NCBI GenBank assembly: GCA_964427675.1
Contig: CAYRVN010000002.1
Span: forward strand, 1 to 59,406
Direction: 5' to 3'
Length of the DNA: 59,406 nucleotides
From: an uncultured Acidaminococcales bacterium
Lineage (GTDB): Bacteria > Bacillota > Negativicutes > Acidaminococcales > Acidaminococcaceae
Shown here: one piece after another, positions 25,918-37,000 of the stretch
Layout of the letters: the number at the start of each line of letters is the position of its first letter
Position numbering within the stretch: the first letter of the stretch is position 1
Translations under genes and position numbers: made by a program
The notes under the pieces: generated by a model
What the model was told of the DNA's origin: nothing
Databases searched by the model: none
Seen by the model: only the letters and a program-made list of their open reading frames with translations

Positions 25918-26931
25918 ATGAAGATAGCTGTTGATGTTATGGGAACGGATTATGGTCCGGAAGAAATAATTTTGGGTGCAATTCAAGCAGTCAAACAATA
26001 CAAGTGCGATGTTTATCTTGTCGGTGACAGGGCACAGATTGAAACTGTATTAAAAAAGCACAAGGAAGATAAGAATGAAAGAATTAAGATAGAACATGCC
26101 AGTGAAGTTATTGAGATGAGCGACCATCCAAGTCTCAGTGTCAAGGCTAAGCCTGATGCCTCTATTGTAGTGGCTACCAGGTTATTGCATACACGAGTTT
26201 GTGACGCTTTAGTATCTGCGGGCAGTACAGGTGCTGCAGTTGCCGCCGCTCTTTTTGGACTAGGTCGTATCAAAGGTATAGAAAGACCTGCTATAGCAAC
26301 GCCTATTCCTAGTATTACCGGCACGACTGTTGTTTTAGACTCAGGCGCCAAGGTTGATGCAAAGCCTCAACACCTTGTTCAAAACGCAATTATGGGCTCG
26401 ATATATGCAGAGCTGATCCTTAAGATAAAGAATCCTCGGGTTGGTTTGTTAAATATCGGCGAAGAAGAAACTAAAGGCAATGAGCAAGCCCTTGCTACTT
26501 ATCCTTTACTTAAAAACGAAGAGCACATTAATTTTATCGGCAATGTCGAAGGGCGTGACATAAATAAGGGTACGGTTGACGTTGTTGTGTGTGATGGCTT
26601 CGTTGGAAATGTTGTGTTAAAGGTTGCTGAAGGCTTGGCAACAGCAATCATGACCATCATGAAACGCACCATCATGGAAAGTGGCATGATGGCAAAATTT
26701 GGTGCTATGCTTATTAAGCCTGCATTAAGAAAAATGAAAAAAACTATTGATCCGGCAGAATATGGTGGAGCTTTGCTTCTGGGTGTTAAAGCGCCTTTTA
26801 TCATTTGTCACGGTAGTTCGAAAGCTAAAGCAATAAAAAATGCTGTAGCTGTGGCAATTGATTTTGCAGAGAAGGATGTTGTAAAACATATCGGGGACAG
26901 TATCATAAATAAAAGAAAAGGGAATGAATAA
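25918..26931 (+). CDS. plsX: Phosphate acyltransferase PlsX
   Basis: MKIAVDVMGTDYGPEE, and SAGSTGA motif. Confidence 0.9.
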   Translation: MKIAVDVMGTDYGPEEIILGAIQAVKQYKCDVYLVGDRAQIETVLKKHKEDKNERIKIEHASEVIEMSDHPSLSVKAKPDASIVVATRLLHTRVCDALVSAGSTGAAVAAALFGLGRIKGIERPAIATPIPSITGTTVVLDSGAKVDAKPQHLVQNAIMGSIYAELILKIKNPRVGLLNIGEEETKGNEQALATYPLLKNEEHINFIGNVEGRDINKGTVDVVVCDGFVGNVVLKVAEGLATAIMTIMKRTIMESGMMAKFGAMLIKPALRKMKKTIDPAEYGGALLLGVKAPFIICHGSSKAKAIKNAVAVAIDFAEKDVVKHIGDSIINKRKGNE

Positions 26932-26933
26932 CA

Positions 26934-27926
26934 ATGGAAAAGATATTTGCTGGTATTTTAGGCATGGGTCATTATCTTCCAGATAAGGTTCTGACAAATT
27001 ATGATTTAGAAAAAATGGTTGATACTAATAACGACTGGATTGTTGAAAGAACAGGTATCAAGTCACGCCACATAGCTGCACCGGAACAAGCAACGTCTGA
27101 TTTGGCTTTCATTGCCGCAGAGAGAGCTTTGAAAGATGCTGGAATCAGTGGCGAAGATATTGAATGCGTAATTGTTGCTACAGAATCTCCTGACACTAAA
27201 TTCCCATCTACTGCTTGCTTATTACAAGATAAAATTGGCGCAAAAAATGCCGCAGCTTTTGACTTGTCAGCAGGGTGCTCCGGTTTTGTTTATGCGTTGG
27301 CTGTAGCAAATACGATGATAGTAAGTGGCTTATACAAGCATATTCTGGTTGTTGGCGCTGAAACTCTTTCTCGTATCATGAATTGGAAAGACCGTAATAC
27401 ATGTGTACTCTTTGGTGATGGTGCTGGTGCGGCTGTTGTTGGACAAGTCGAAGATGGCTATGGTATTTTGAGCATTGATATGGGTGCAGATGGTTCTGGC
27501 GGACCATTTTTATCTCAGCCAGCAGGAGGATCTCGCAAACCGGCTTCCCATGAAACGGTTGATGCCGGAGAGCATTTTATTCATATGGATGGAAGCGAAG
27601 TTTTCAAGTTTGCTGTAAAAATAATGGGACGTACAGCAGAGAAGGCTATTAAAAAAGCCGGATTAAATACGGAAGATGTTGACCTTTTGATACCCCATCA
27701 GGCTAACATACGTATAATCAATTCAGCCGCTAAACGTTTAGGCATGTCAATGGACAAAGTATTTGTTAATGTTGACAAGTATGGCAATACATCAGCAGCT
27801 TCGATTCCTATCGCAATTTGTGAGGCAAGGGAACAAGGCCTTATCGAAAAGGACAAAATGATTGTGCTTGCGGGTTTTGGTGCTGGTTTAACTTGGGCTT
27901 CTATTGCTTTAAAATGGAATAAATAA
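26934..27926 (+). CDS. fabH: 3-oxoacyl-ACP synthase III
   Basis: Catalytic AGCSGF, HQANIRI, GNTSAASIP. Confidence 0.9.
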   Translation: MEKIFAGILGMGHYLPDKVLTNYDLEKMVDTNNDWIVERTGIKSRHIAAPEQATSDLAFIAAERALKDAGISGEDIECVIVATESPDTKFPSTACLLQDKIGAKNAAAFDLSAGCSGFVYALAVANTMIVSGLYKHILVVGAETLSRIMNWKDRNTCVLFGDGAGAAVVGQVEDGYGILSIDMGADGSGGPFLSQPAGGSRKPASHETVDAGEHFIHMDGSEVFKFAVKIMGRTAEKAIKKAGLNTEDVDLLIPHQANIRIINSAAKRLGMSMDKVFVNVDKYGNTSAASIPIAICEAREQGLIEKDKMIVLAGFGAGLTWASIALKWNK

Positions 27927-27947
27927 AGTAAAGGGGAGGACTTAACG

Positions 27948-28898
27948 ATGGGCAAAACAGCCTTTATATTTCCGGGACAAGGCTCCCAAACAGTTGGAAT
28001 GATGAAAGAGTTTTACGACAATTATGCAGTTGTACGTGATATATTTAAATCTGCTGACGAAGCACTAGGATTTTCGATAACTGATATGTGCTTCAATGGA
28101 CCAGAAGATCAATTGAGGTTGACATTTAACACACAACCTGCAATACTAACTGCTAGTGTTGCGGCAGCAGAAGTTCTCAAGGAGCATGGTATAACTCCGG
28201 GTGTTGCGGCAGGCCATAGCTTGGGTGAATATTCAGCATTGGTTATTGCAGGCGCGCTGAGCTTCTCAGATGCTGTTAGAATAGTACGCAAACGTGGCCA
28301 GTTTATGCAGGAAGCAGTTCCTGTTGGTGAAGGAAGTATGGCTGCTGTTATGGGTATGGATGATAGTAATGCAATAGTAGCTATTTGTAAAAAAGTTGAA
28401 GAAGAAACTGGCAAAGAAGTTCAAGCAGTTAACTTCAATTGCCCAGGCCAGGTTGTAATTGCCGGTGCGGCTGCTGCGGTAGATAAAGCAGTGGAAGCAT
28501 TAAAGGCAGCTGGAGCAAAACGTGCCGTGCTCTTACCGGTAAGCGCTCCTTTCCATAGCAGCTTGATGCGCCCTGCTTCAGTTCGTTTAGCTGAAGAATT
28601 CAAAACGATTTCTTTTAGTGACGCAAAAATACCTGTAGTTGCTAACGTTACAGCCGAAGAAGTTACAAAGGCTTCTGAAATCGAAGCTCTGCTTGTAAAA
28701 CAAGCTGCAAGCCCTGTTTTATGGGAAACTTCGGTGCACAATATGGTTAAAAATGGCGTTGAATGCTTTGTTGAGGTAGGTCCTGGCAGAGTATTGTCAG
28801 GGTTTAATAAAAAGATTGCTAAAGAGTTAACGACGCTTAATGTTGAAGATAATGCAAGTTTGGAAAAAACGCTTGCTTATTTCAAGGAGGTTCGCTAA
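27948..28898 (+). CDS. fabD: Malonyl-CoA:ACP transacylase
   Basis: FPGQGSQ, GHSLGEYSAL. Confidence 0.9.
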   Translation: MGKTAFIFPGQGSQTVGMMKEFYDNYAVVRDIFKSADEALGFSITDMCFNGPEDQLRLTFNTQPAILTASVAAAEVLKEHGITPGVAAGHSLGEYSALVIAGALSFSDAVRIVRKRGQFMQEAVPVGEGSMAAVMGMDDSNAIVAICKKVEEETGKEVQAVNFNCPGQVVIAGAAAAVDKAVEALKAAGAKRAVLLPVSAPFHSSLMRPASVRLAEEFKTISFSDAKIPVVANVTAEEVTKASEIEALLVKQAASPVLWETSVHNMVKNGVECFVEVGPGRVLSGFNKKIAKELTTLNVEDNASLEKTLAYFKEVR

Positions 28899-28899
28899 A

Positions 28900-29643
28900 A
28901 TGCAGATAGAAGGTAAGATAGCTTTTGTTACTGGCGCTTCCCGCGGAATTGGTCGTTCTATTGCATTGACATTGGCGGAAGCTGGTGCTGATGTTGCGAT
29001 TAATTATGCAGGTAATGCGGCTGCTGCAGAAGAAGTAGCTGCAGAAATTCGAAAAATGGGCCGCAGAGCCTTAATTTTACAGGGTGATGTTTCGCAAACG
29101 GAAGCTGCAGCTGCAATGCTTGACGCTGTTGTTGCTGAATTCGGGCGTTGCGACATATTGGTTAACAACGCAGGCATTACTCGTGATGGTCTTTTAATGC
29201 GTATGAAGGAAGAAGATTGGGATGCGGTTCTGAATACTAACCTGAAGGGCGTATACAACTGCACTAAAGCTGCTATAAAATATATGATGAAGCAAAAAAG
29301 TGGCAAAATAGTAAATATTGCTTCGGTTGTTGGAATTATGGGTAATGCAGGGCAGGCAAATTATGCCGCTGCTAAGGCAGGTTGCATTGGTTTTACTAAA
29401 TCTGTGGCGAAAGAAGTTGCTTCCAGAGGAATTACAGTGAATGCCGTAGCACCCGGGCTTATTGCTACTGATATGACCAGTGTTTTACCAGAAAAAGTTG
29501 TTGAAGAGATGGCGGCAGGTATTCCGCTTAAACGTGCGGGTCAGCCAGTAGATGTTGCCAAGGCAGTATTATTCCTTGTTTCTGATGATGCTGCTTATAT
29601 AACCGGCCAGACATTAAATGTTGATGGTGGTATGGTGATGTAA
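28900..29643 (+). CDS. fabG: 3-oxoacyl-ACP reductase
   Basis: TGASRGIG, NNAGIT and YAAAK SDR motifs. Start ATG 28900 behind AAGGAGG. Confidence 0.9.
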   Translation: MQIEGKIAFVTGASRGIGRSIALTLAEAGADVAINYAGNAAAAEEVAAEIRKMGRRALILQGDVSQTEAAAAMLDAVVAEFGRCDILVNNAGITRDGLLMRMKEEDWDAVLNTNLKGVYNCTKAAIKYMMKQKSGKIVNIASVVGIMGNAGQANYAAAKAGCIGFTKSVAKEVASRGITVNAVAPGLIATDMTSVLPEKVVEEMAAGIPLKRAGQPVDVAKAVLFLVSDDAAYITGQTLNVDGGMVM

Positions 29644-29687
29644 TTTTAAAAATTATAATGTTTTTCCTTTGGAAGGAGGTGAATTGA

Positions 29688-29918
29688 ATGACTACTTTCG
29701 AAAAAGTAAGAGATATTACTGTTGAACAATTGAGTGTTGATGCTGACGAAGTTAAGATGGAATCAACTTTTATTGATGATTTAGGTGCAGATTCTTTGGA
29801 TATCGTTGAATTGATCATGGCTTTTGAAGAAGAATTTAACGTTGAAATTCCTGACGAAATTGCTGAAAAAATCCGTACTGTTAAAGATGCGGTTGAATTG
29901 TTGGACAAAGAGAAATAA
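29688..29918 (+). CDS. acpP: Acyl carrier protein
   Basis: [14 protein letters not shown] phosphopantetheine attachment site. Confidence 0.95.
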   Translation: MTTFEKVRDITVEQLSVDADEVKMESTFIDDLGADSLDIVELIMAFEEEFNVEIPDEIAEKIRTVKDAVELLDKEK

Positions 29919-29929
29919 GATCTTAATGC

Positions 29930-29967
29930 TTTTTAAGGAAATCCCAGCCTTGGGATTTCCTTAAAAA
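29930..29967 (+). other. Perfect 17-bp stem / 4-nt loop RNA hairpin between acpP and fabK (not a canonical terminator)
   Basis: TTTTTAAGGAAATCCCA-GCCT-TGGGATTTCCTTAAAAA. No U-tract follows the stem on either strand. Confidence 0.6.
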
Positions 29968-29990
29968 AGTTATCCTGAAATGGGGGATAT

Positions 29991-30944
29991 TTGTTGAAAT
30001 TACCAGTGCTTAAAATCGGTAATTTAGTTGCCGAAGTGCCTATTGTACAAGGTGGAATGGCGATAAGACTTTCTACGGCTCGGTTAGCAGCTGCAGTTGC
30101 ATCCGAAGGCGGCATAGGCTTGATTGCTGCGTCCGGTATGAAATTTGATGAGTTGCGGAAAGAAATAAGACTAGCCAGAGAGTTGACTGGCGGTAAGGGA
30201 ATCATTGGCATAAACGCTATGGTTGCTGCCCGTGAATTCTTGGGTTTAATTACGACTGCTGCTGAAGAGAAAGTAGATTTAATTGTAGCCGGCGCCGGTT
30301 TTTCAAGAGATATGTTTGCGGTAGGACGTAAGTATGACGTTGCCATCGTTCCTATCGTTTCCTCAGTAAAACTTGCCAAGATAGCCGAACAACTTGGAGC
30401 TTCAGCGATAGTCGCTGAAGGAACAGAAGCCGGCGGGCATTTAGGAACACAGCAATCCATAAAAGAAATACTACCTGAAATTGTCAAGGCTGTGAAAATT
30501 CCGGTTATTGCAGCCGGCGGAGCAGTTACAGGTCAGGATGTTGCGGAATTGTTGAAACTTGGCGCCAGTGGTGTACAAATGGGCAGCCGTTTTGCCGCAA
30601 GCGAAGAATCGAATGGGGCAGATGAACTGAAACAATTTTATCTGAAGATGACTGAAGATGATGTTGTGCAGATTGATAGTCCTGTTGGATATAAAGGCCG
30701 TGCTATAAGAAATCCTTTTGCACAGCTATCTCTGGAGGGGAAGGCACCAAGACCTACAGAATGCGATTCTTGTCTAAAACATTGTACAAGATCTTTTTGT
30801 ATTATTCGCGCATTGACAAGAGCGCAGCAAGGTGATGTGGAAACTGGCCTTGTTTTTACTGGTGCAAATATGTGGAAAATTAAAGAAATATTACCGGTAA
30901 AAGAAATTTTTAGAAGACTAAAAGAAGAAATAGCCAAAATATAA
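29991..30944 (+). CDS. fabK: Enoyl-ACP reductase II (FabK, FMN/NPD family)
   Basis: PIVQGGMA and AEGTEAGGH motifs, located in the fab operon. TTG start at 29991 or 29994 behind GGGGGA. Confidence 0.8.
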   Translation: MLKLPVLKIGNLVAEVPIVQGGMAIRLSTARLAAAVASEGGIGLIAASGMKFDELRKEIRLARELTGGKGIIGINAMVAAREFLGLITTAAEEKVDLIVAGAGFSRDMFAVGRKYDVAIVPIVSSVKLAKIAEQLGASAIVAEGTEAGGHLGTQQSIKEILPEIVKAVKIPVIAAGGAVTGQDVAELLKLGASGVQMGSRFAASEESNGADELKQFYLKMTEDDVVQIDSPVGYKGRAIRNPFAQLSLEGKAPRPTECDSCLKHCTRSFCIIRALTRAQQGDVETGLVFTGANMWKIKEILPVKEIFRRLKEEIAKI

Positions 30945-30961
30945 CCTTGAGGTGATTAATT

Positions 30962-32209
30962 TTGAAAAGAAGAGTTGTAATAACTGGTGTTGGTCCTGTA
31001 ACACCTATTGGCACAGGCAAAGAAAATTTCTGGAATAATTTGATAGCTGGCAAATCTGGTATTGACCTTATCACCAGATTTGATACTACCGATGTTGATG
31101 TAAAAATTGCTGGCGAAGTAAAAGACTTTGACTATGCTGAGTACATGGATAAAAAAGAAGGCAAACGCATGGATCGCGTTACTCATTTTGCTGTTGCTGC
31201 TGCAAAGCTGGCTGTAGAAGATGCAAAACTTGATCTTGCGAGTATTAACCAAGTCCGTGCAGGCGTTTGTGTTGGTAGCGGTATTGGCGGCATAGAAACA
31301 TTTGTTGAACAGACCACAAAATATGTTGAAAAAGGTCCAAGCAAAATCAGTCCATTCTTTATTCCAATGGAAATTCCTAACATGCCTGCTGGCCAGATTT
31401 CAATAGCTTTAGGCTTTAAAGGCCCAAACACTGCAATTGTAACAGCATGTGCTACAGGAACCAACTGTATAGGAGATGCTTTCCGTACAATTCAATACGG
31501 CGATGCTGATATTATGATTGCCGGTGGTACAGAAGCTGCAATTTCTCCGGTTGCTGTTGCTGGTTTTGCAAACATGAAGGCTCTTTCCACTAATAACGAG
31601 CATCCTGAAAAAGCATCCTGCCCATTTGATAAAAAACGTGAAGGCTTTGTTATGGGCGAGGGCGCAGGCGTTATTGTACTTGAAGAATTAGAACATGCAA
31701 AAGCTCGCGGCGCACATATTTATGCCGAAATTTGCGGCTACGGTATGACTGCTGATGCTTATCATATAACAGCTCCGGATCCTAGCGGTGAAATGCCAGC
31801 AGCTTGTATGCAGGCCGCAGTAGATGATGCTGGCTTGAAACCTGAAGCAGTTGACTACATCAACGCACATGGTACTTCAACCCATAGAAACGATTTAAAT
31901 GAAACACTTGCCGCTAAGAAAGTATTTGGTGAACATGCTTATAAAATGGCGATTAGTTCCAATAAATCAATGCTAGGTCACCTTTTAGGGGCTGCTGGTG
32001 GTGTAGAAGCGATAGCTACAGTTTTGACCATTGAGAACGGAGTAATTCCTCCAACTATCAACTATGAAGATCCAGACCTAGAAGAAGGATTGGATCTTGA
32101 CTATGTGCCAAATGTTGCTCGTAAAGCTAATGTAGATGTTGCTATCTCCAATAGTTTCGGTTTTGGCGGTCATAACGCAACGATTTTGTTTAAAAAATAT
32201 AAAGATTAA
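30962..32209 (+). CDS. fabF: 3-oxoacyl-ACP synthase II
   Basis: TTG start behind GAGGTGA. Catalytic [18 protein letters not shown]. Confidence 0.9.
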   Translation: MKRRVVITGVGPVTPIGTGKENFWNNLIAGKSGIDLITRFDTTDVDVKIAGEVKDFDYAEYMDKKEGKRMDRVTHFAVAAAKLAVEDAKLDLASINQVRAGVCVGSGIGGIETFVEQTTKYVEKGPSKISPFFIPMEIPNMPAGQISIALGFKGPNTAIVTACATGTNCIGDAFRTIQYGDADIMIAGGTEAAISPVAVAGFANMKALSTNNEHPEKASCPFDKKREGFVMGEGAGVIVLEELEHAKARGAHIYAEICGYGMTADAYHITAPDPSGEMPAACMQAAVDDAGLKPEAVDYINAHGTSTHRNDLNETLAAKKVFGEHAYKMAISSNKSMLGHLLGAAGGVEAIATVLTIENGVIPPTINYEDPDLEEGLDLDYVPNVARKANVDVAISNSFGFGGHNATILFKKYKD

Positions 32210-32231
32210 TTTGGATTAGAGTGATAAAAGG

Positions 32232-32945
32232 ATGAATAAAGAGCGAAAAGAAGATTTGCAAGAGTTATGTCGGTCATTGAAGATCGAAATGACCGATTTG
32301 TATCTGCTGAACACCGCTCTGACTCATACCTCTTATGCCCATGAATCGAAGTTGTTTCCCAAACCTACGCACAGCGAAAGAATTGAGTTTCTGGGCGATT
32401 CTGTCTTGGGTCTTGTTGTTAGTACATATATGTACAAAAGATTTCCTAAAATGGATGAAGGCGAATTGACAAAACTTAGAGCTTATCTTGTTTGTGAAAC
32501 TTCTTTGTCTAAATATGCAAGACAAATTGGCTTGGGAAAATATATTTTGTTGGGAAGAGGCGAGCTTCTTTCTGGTGGGCGTGATCGCAATTCTATTCTA
32601 GCTGATGCATTTGAATCAGTTGTCGGGGCATACTATTTGGACCAAGGACTGGAAAGAGTTCAGAAGTATCTTTTAGATATGATGAAAGAAGAGCTTGAAA
32701 TGACGGCAAAGCACGGACTTTGCCGAGATTTTAAGACAAGATTACAGGAAATGGTTCAAAAGGATGGGGTTGTCGAAATTATATATCAATTGGTAGGGGC
32801 CAAGGGGCCTGACCACGATAAAGTTTTCGATACGACTGTGTTGATTAATGGGGTAGTAGCAGGGGAAGGCAGCGGTAAGTCAAAAAAAGAGGCCGAACAA
32901 AATGCGGCTAAGCAAGCTCTTTTAAAATTAGGAGAAAATCTTTAA
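32232..32945 (+). CDS. rnc: Ribonuclease III
   Basis: ERIEFLGDSVLG signature, plus a C-terminal dsRBD (KSKKEAEQNAAKQAL). Confidence 0.9.
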   Translation: MNKERKEDLQELCRSLKIEMTDLYLLNTALTHTSYAHESKLFPKPTHSERIEFLGDSVLGLVVSTYMYKRFPKMDEGELTKLRAYLVCETSLSKYARQIGLGKYILLGRGELLSGGRDRNSILADAFESVVGAYYLDQGLERVQKYLLDMMKEELEMTAKHGLCRDFKTRLQEMVQKDGVVEIIYQLVGAKGPDHDKVFDTTVLINGVVAGEGSGKSKKEAEQNAAKQALLKLGENL

Positions 32946-32953
32946 TAGTATTT

Positions 32954-32987
32954 AAGACAGTTGGCTGGTCCGACTGTCTTTCTTTGT
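32954..32987 (+). terminator. Weak candidate terminator after rnc
   Basis: AAGACAGT / ACTGTCTT 8-bp stem with an 11-nt loop, then TCTTTGT. Confidence 0.3.
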
Positions 32988-33005
32988 ATATCAAAGGAGG
33001 AGCAT

Positions 33006-34019
33006 ATGGGAAGGATAATACCTGTTTTTATTCCGCATGCTGGGTGTCCACACCAATGCATTTTCTGCAATCAGAAAAAAATTAGCGGTCAAGCTGAAAC
33101 TTCCTTATTAAACGCAGAAAAACAAATTAATAAATACCTGCAATGGGTTAATGCATCGAGTGAGAATGAAATTGCATTTTACGGAGGTTCATTTACTGCT
33201 TTGCCGATAGAATTGCAAAAAGAATTATTGGTGCTAGCTGATAAATATGTAAAACTTGGCATTGCTGGATCGGTGAGAGTTTCTACAAGACCAGATTATA
33301 TTGATAACGGCAGAGTTGAACTTTTAAAACAGCATCATGTTAATTTGGTAGAGCTAGGTGTACAGACTCTTGATGATAAAGTATTGCAAATAGCAGAAAG
33401 AGGCCATTCAGCTGATGATGTAGAAAAGGCAGTGGTCTGCCTGAAAACAAAAAATGTGAGCGTTGGTATACAGCTAATGGTAGGCTTGCCAGGCCAGGAT
33501 TGGCAAAGTTTAATAGATACCGTAAATAAGGTTGTGTTGATGAAACCAGATATAGCCAGGATATACCCTCTTTTAGTAATTAAAGATACTCCACTGGCAA
33601 AAATGTTTATGGAAAAGTCATATGAACCATTGAACCTGCGAACTGCAGTTGCACAAGCATCTTATGTCCATGAGCAGCTGACCAGGAGCGGAATTGACGT
33701 AATCCGCATTGGATTGCAAGCTGATGAAGAGCTGTGTAAAGAGGATAATATTGTTGCAGGACCATTTCATCCTTCGTTTGGCGAAATGGTTAAGTCGTTC
33801 CAATATCGATGCTGGATAGCTGAGCAATTGGAAGAAATTGACACTAGTGTTTTTGCTGTTAAAATTGTTCATAACTCAAAAATTACCTCCCAATTAAAAG
33901 GTATCCGTAAGTGTAATGAAATATTTTGGCAGAGGATAATGAACAAACCAAACATAGAGCTATTGGCTGACGGTTCTTTGCAGGAAGCATCATTAAAGAT
34001 TAACATGTCCGCCGATTAG
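33006..34019 (+). CDS. Radical SAM protein, ELP3-like catalytic domain without acetyltransferase domain
   Basis: N-terminal IPHAGCPHQCIFCNQ (CX3CX2C). Start ATG 33006 behind AAAGGAGGAG. Confidence 0.7.
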   Translation: MGRIIPVFIPHAGCPHQCIFCNQKKISGQAETSLLNAEKQINKYLQWVNASSENEIAFYGGSFTALPIELQKELLVLADKYVKLGIAGSVRVSTRPDYIDNGRVELLKQHHVNLVELGVQTLDDKVLQIAERGHSADDVEKAVVCLKTKNVSVGIQLMVGLPGQDWQSLIDTVNKVVLMKPDIARIYPLLVIKDTPLAKMFMEKSYEPLNLRTAVAQASYVHEQLTRSGIDVIRIGLQADEELCKEDNIVAGPFHPSFGEMVKSFQYRCWIAEQLEEIDTSVFAVKIVHNSKITSQLKGIRKCNEIFWQRIMNKPNIELLADGSLQEASLKINMSAD

Positions 34020-34028
34020 TCAGACAAG

Positions 34029-34057
34029 TTGTTTAATTCGTTTTAGCATGTTAAAAT
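34029..34057 (+). promoter_or_regulatory. Putative promoter of smc-ftsY
   Basis: TTGTTT - 17 nt - TAAAAT with an extended -10 TG. Confidence 0.4.
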
Positions 34058-34090
34058 CAAATACATAGAATTGATTAGGTCGGTGGTATT

Positions 34091-37000
34091 GTGCGCTTAA
34101 AGGCATTCGAAACATATGGGTTTAAGTCATTTGCAGAGAGAACAGAAATTAATTTTGAAGAAGGTATTACAGCAATTGTCGGTCCTAATGGCAGCGGCAA
34201 GAGTAATATTTCTGATGCTATTCGCTGGGTTCTCGGCGAACAAAGCGCAAAATATTTGCGTGGAAGTAAAATGGAAGATGTTATTTTTGCCGGAACAAGC
34301 AAACGCCGTGCTTTGGGAATGGCAGAAGTAAGCCTTGTTTTCGATAATAGTGATCACAAGATACCAACCGATTTCGATGAAATAAATATTTGTAGAAGAG
34401 TTTTTCGCAGCGGCGATAGCGAGTATTATATCAACAAAAAGCCTTGTCGTTTGAAGGATATAGTTGATATCTTTTCTGATACTGGACTTGGCAGGGGCTC
34501 AATGTCAATTATTGGACAGAACCGTATTGATGAAATTTTAAACAGTCGTCCAGAAGAGCGGCGCGCCCTATTTGAAGAAGCAGCGGGAATAGCAAAATAT
34601 CGTTTGCGCAAAAAGGAAGCAACTCATAGGCTGGAGGAAACGGCCAATAACATTACCAGAATATATGATATTAAATCGGAAATCGAAGGAAGAATCGAAC
34701 CTTTAAGAATAAGTGCTGAAAAAACACACAAGTATTTAAAAATGAGCGATGAGCTACGTTCTTGCCGAGTTACCCAGGTTGTTCACAAGCTTCAAAATAT
34801 TGAAGAAATTAATGAGAAACTGGCTGCAAAAATAGCAGAATTAAATAAACGTAATGAAGAAATCAAAGTAGAAGTAAATTTAAAAGAAAATAACGGTCTG
34901 ATTCTTAAAACAGAACTTGATAAAATTAACGAAGAATTTGCGGAACTGCAAAATAGTATTGCAGAAAGAGAGACGCTTTTAGAAAAATTGCACGGTCAGG
35001 AAGCTGTACTGAGTGAACGTATTCTGCAAAGCCAGAAGTCACAGGAAAGACTGCAAGCTCAGAGAGAACGACTTGTTCAGCAACTCGGAGAAATAGAGGG
35101 CAATTTAAAAACCATTGTTGAAAAATATGATGCACTTGAAACGGAACAGCAAGCTGCTCAAAGTGCTGTTAATAAGTATGCCATTGAACAGGAAAATAAA
35201 GAAAACTCAATAGCTGAAACCGAAAATAAAATTTTAGATTATAAGTCTTCTGCTTTTGAAAGCATGCAGCAGATTGTTGATTTACGTAATGAAATACGTT
35301 CATTGGAAAATGAACAGGAAAATAGGCAGCGCAAAAGAGAACAACTAAAGAAGACACTGGCTGATTTAGAAGAAGCCTATAATTTACTCTCGGAGCGTAG
35401 GGATAACATTATCAGTGAGCAACAGAGTATTACAAATAGCATTATTCTTGTTCAAGAACAAATGTCAAAATTAGTTGCCAAAAACTCCGATGATCAAGGC
35501 TCATTGATTGAAGTCGTGAAGAAACGTAATTCTATGAATGAAACATTGTCTTCGTTACAGACTAAGATAGATTTGTTGGAAAATATGCAAAGAGTGTATG
35601 ATGGTTTTGGGCGCAGCATAAAAACTGTTCTGGCATCTGAGAGCTCCTGGCGTAATGGAATTATAGGCGTTGTTGCAGAATTATTTCAAGTGCCGCCGCC
35701 TTACGTTACAGCAATAGAAACTGCGCTTGGCGGCTCGGTACAAAATTTGGTGACAAAAGATGTGTCTACTGCTAAGCAGGCAATAGAATTTTTGAAAAGG
35801 ACAAAAGACGGGCGTGCGACTTTTCTGCCGCTGGATACCATCAGACCAACATTTCTCCGTAATGATGAAGCTGCTTTGCTTAAGCTGCCGGGTATTATCG
35901 GTATTGCTTCAGAACTTGTACAATGTGAAGAAAAGTTATTGCCTGTTGCCAACTTTTTGTTGGGGCGGGTACTTGTCGCTCAAGACATGGATGCAGCACT
36001 CAGGGCAGCAAAGGCTAATAATTACCGTTTGCGGATCGTTACGATTGAAGGAGAGATCCTTAACCCGGGCGGTTCAATTACAGGTGGCAGCAGCAGACAT
36101 AAAGAATCTGGTTTTTTGTCCAGAAAGAACGAAATAATTGTCGCCAAAGAAAATGTTGAGAATATAAATCGACAAATCTTGATGATACAAGAAAATATTG
36201 AAGCCTGCGAAACACTTGTGAAGCAAAACAACGGAAAAATAGAAGAATTTAAGTCCGTGCTGCAAAAAAATAAAGTGAGACAGGCAGAACTTTCTGCACA
36301 TCTTGAACGAGCTGTCGCTGAAATTGAGCAGCATAAAGAAAACATTGCCCTTTATGAACAGGAGAAAAGACAGCATTCAGAAGACTACATCAATACAAGA
36401 AATATATTGTTGGAACTCAAGCCAAATTTGGCTATGCTTGAACAAAAAGATTTGTCCACCAAAGAACTAGTTGACAAATTACAGCAGGAATTAACCGCTG
36501 AGCAAAGAGCACTTAGTACTATCAGAACTCATTATCAAAATTCTTGCATCGCCTTGGAGTCTGCTAAAGAAAGAACAAACCTTGTATCGGAGCGAATCAA
36601 GCAAATTGATGCTGATATGGCGAGGCTGCAACTAGAAATTTCTAACAATGATGTTGAAAATGAAAAAATGGTTCAAGTCATAGTAGAAAGTGAACAGACG
36701 AAAGAGCTGCTGGTGGTTCGACAAAAGGATATTCTGGCTGCATTGAAGACGGATAATGGTGGGAAGGAAGAATTTACCAACAGACGGTTAAAGATAGTTG
36801 AGAAACTCGCTATAGCTGAAGGTGAATTGGATGCCACAAAAAAGGAATATGCTGTCAGTACACAAAAGCTGCATTTGGCAGAGATGGAGAAGGTAAAGCA
36901 GCAAACAGAGTATGAAACTGCATTGGAACAGATAGTAACCACTTATAACATTACTTTGGCAGAAGCAAAGGATAGCACATTATTATTGGATCTGTCTGAT

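Noticed and set aside
29930-29967. The hairpin after acpP, considered as an intrinsic terminator.
   Set aside because: The T-run is upstream and pairs into the stem, and no U-tract follows on either strand. It is kept only as a possible processing or stability element.
29933-30487. A 184-aa ORF antisense to fabK.
   Set aside because: It is fully embedded opposite a well-supported gene, has low-complexity Ala/Ser/Pro-rich composition typical of antisense frames, and has no RBS.
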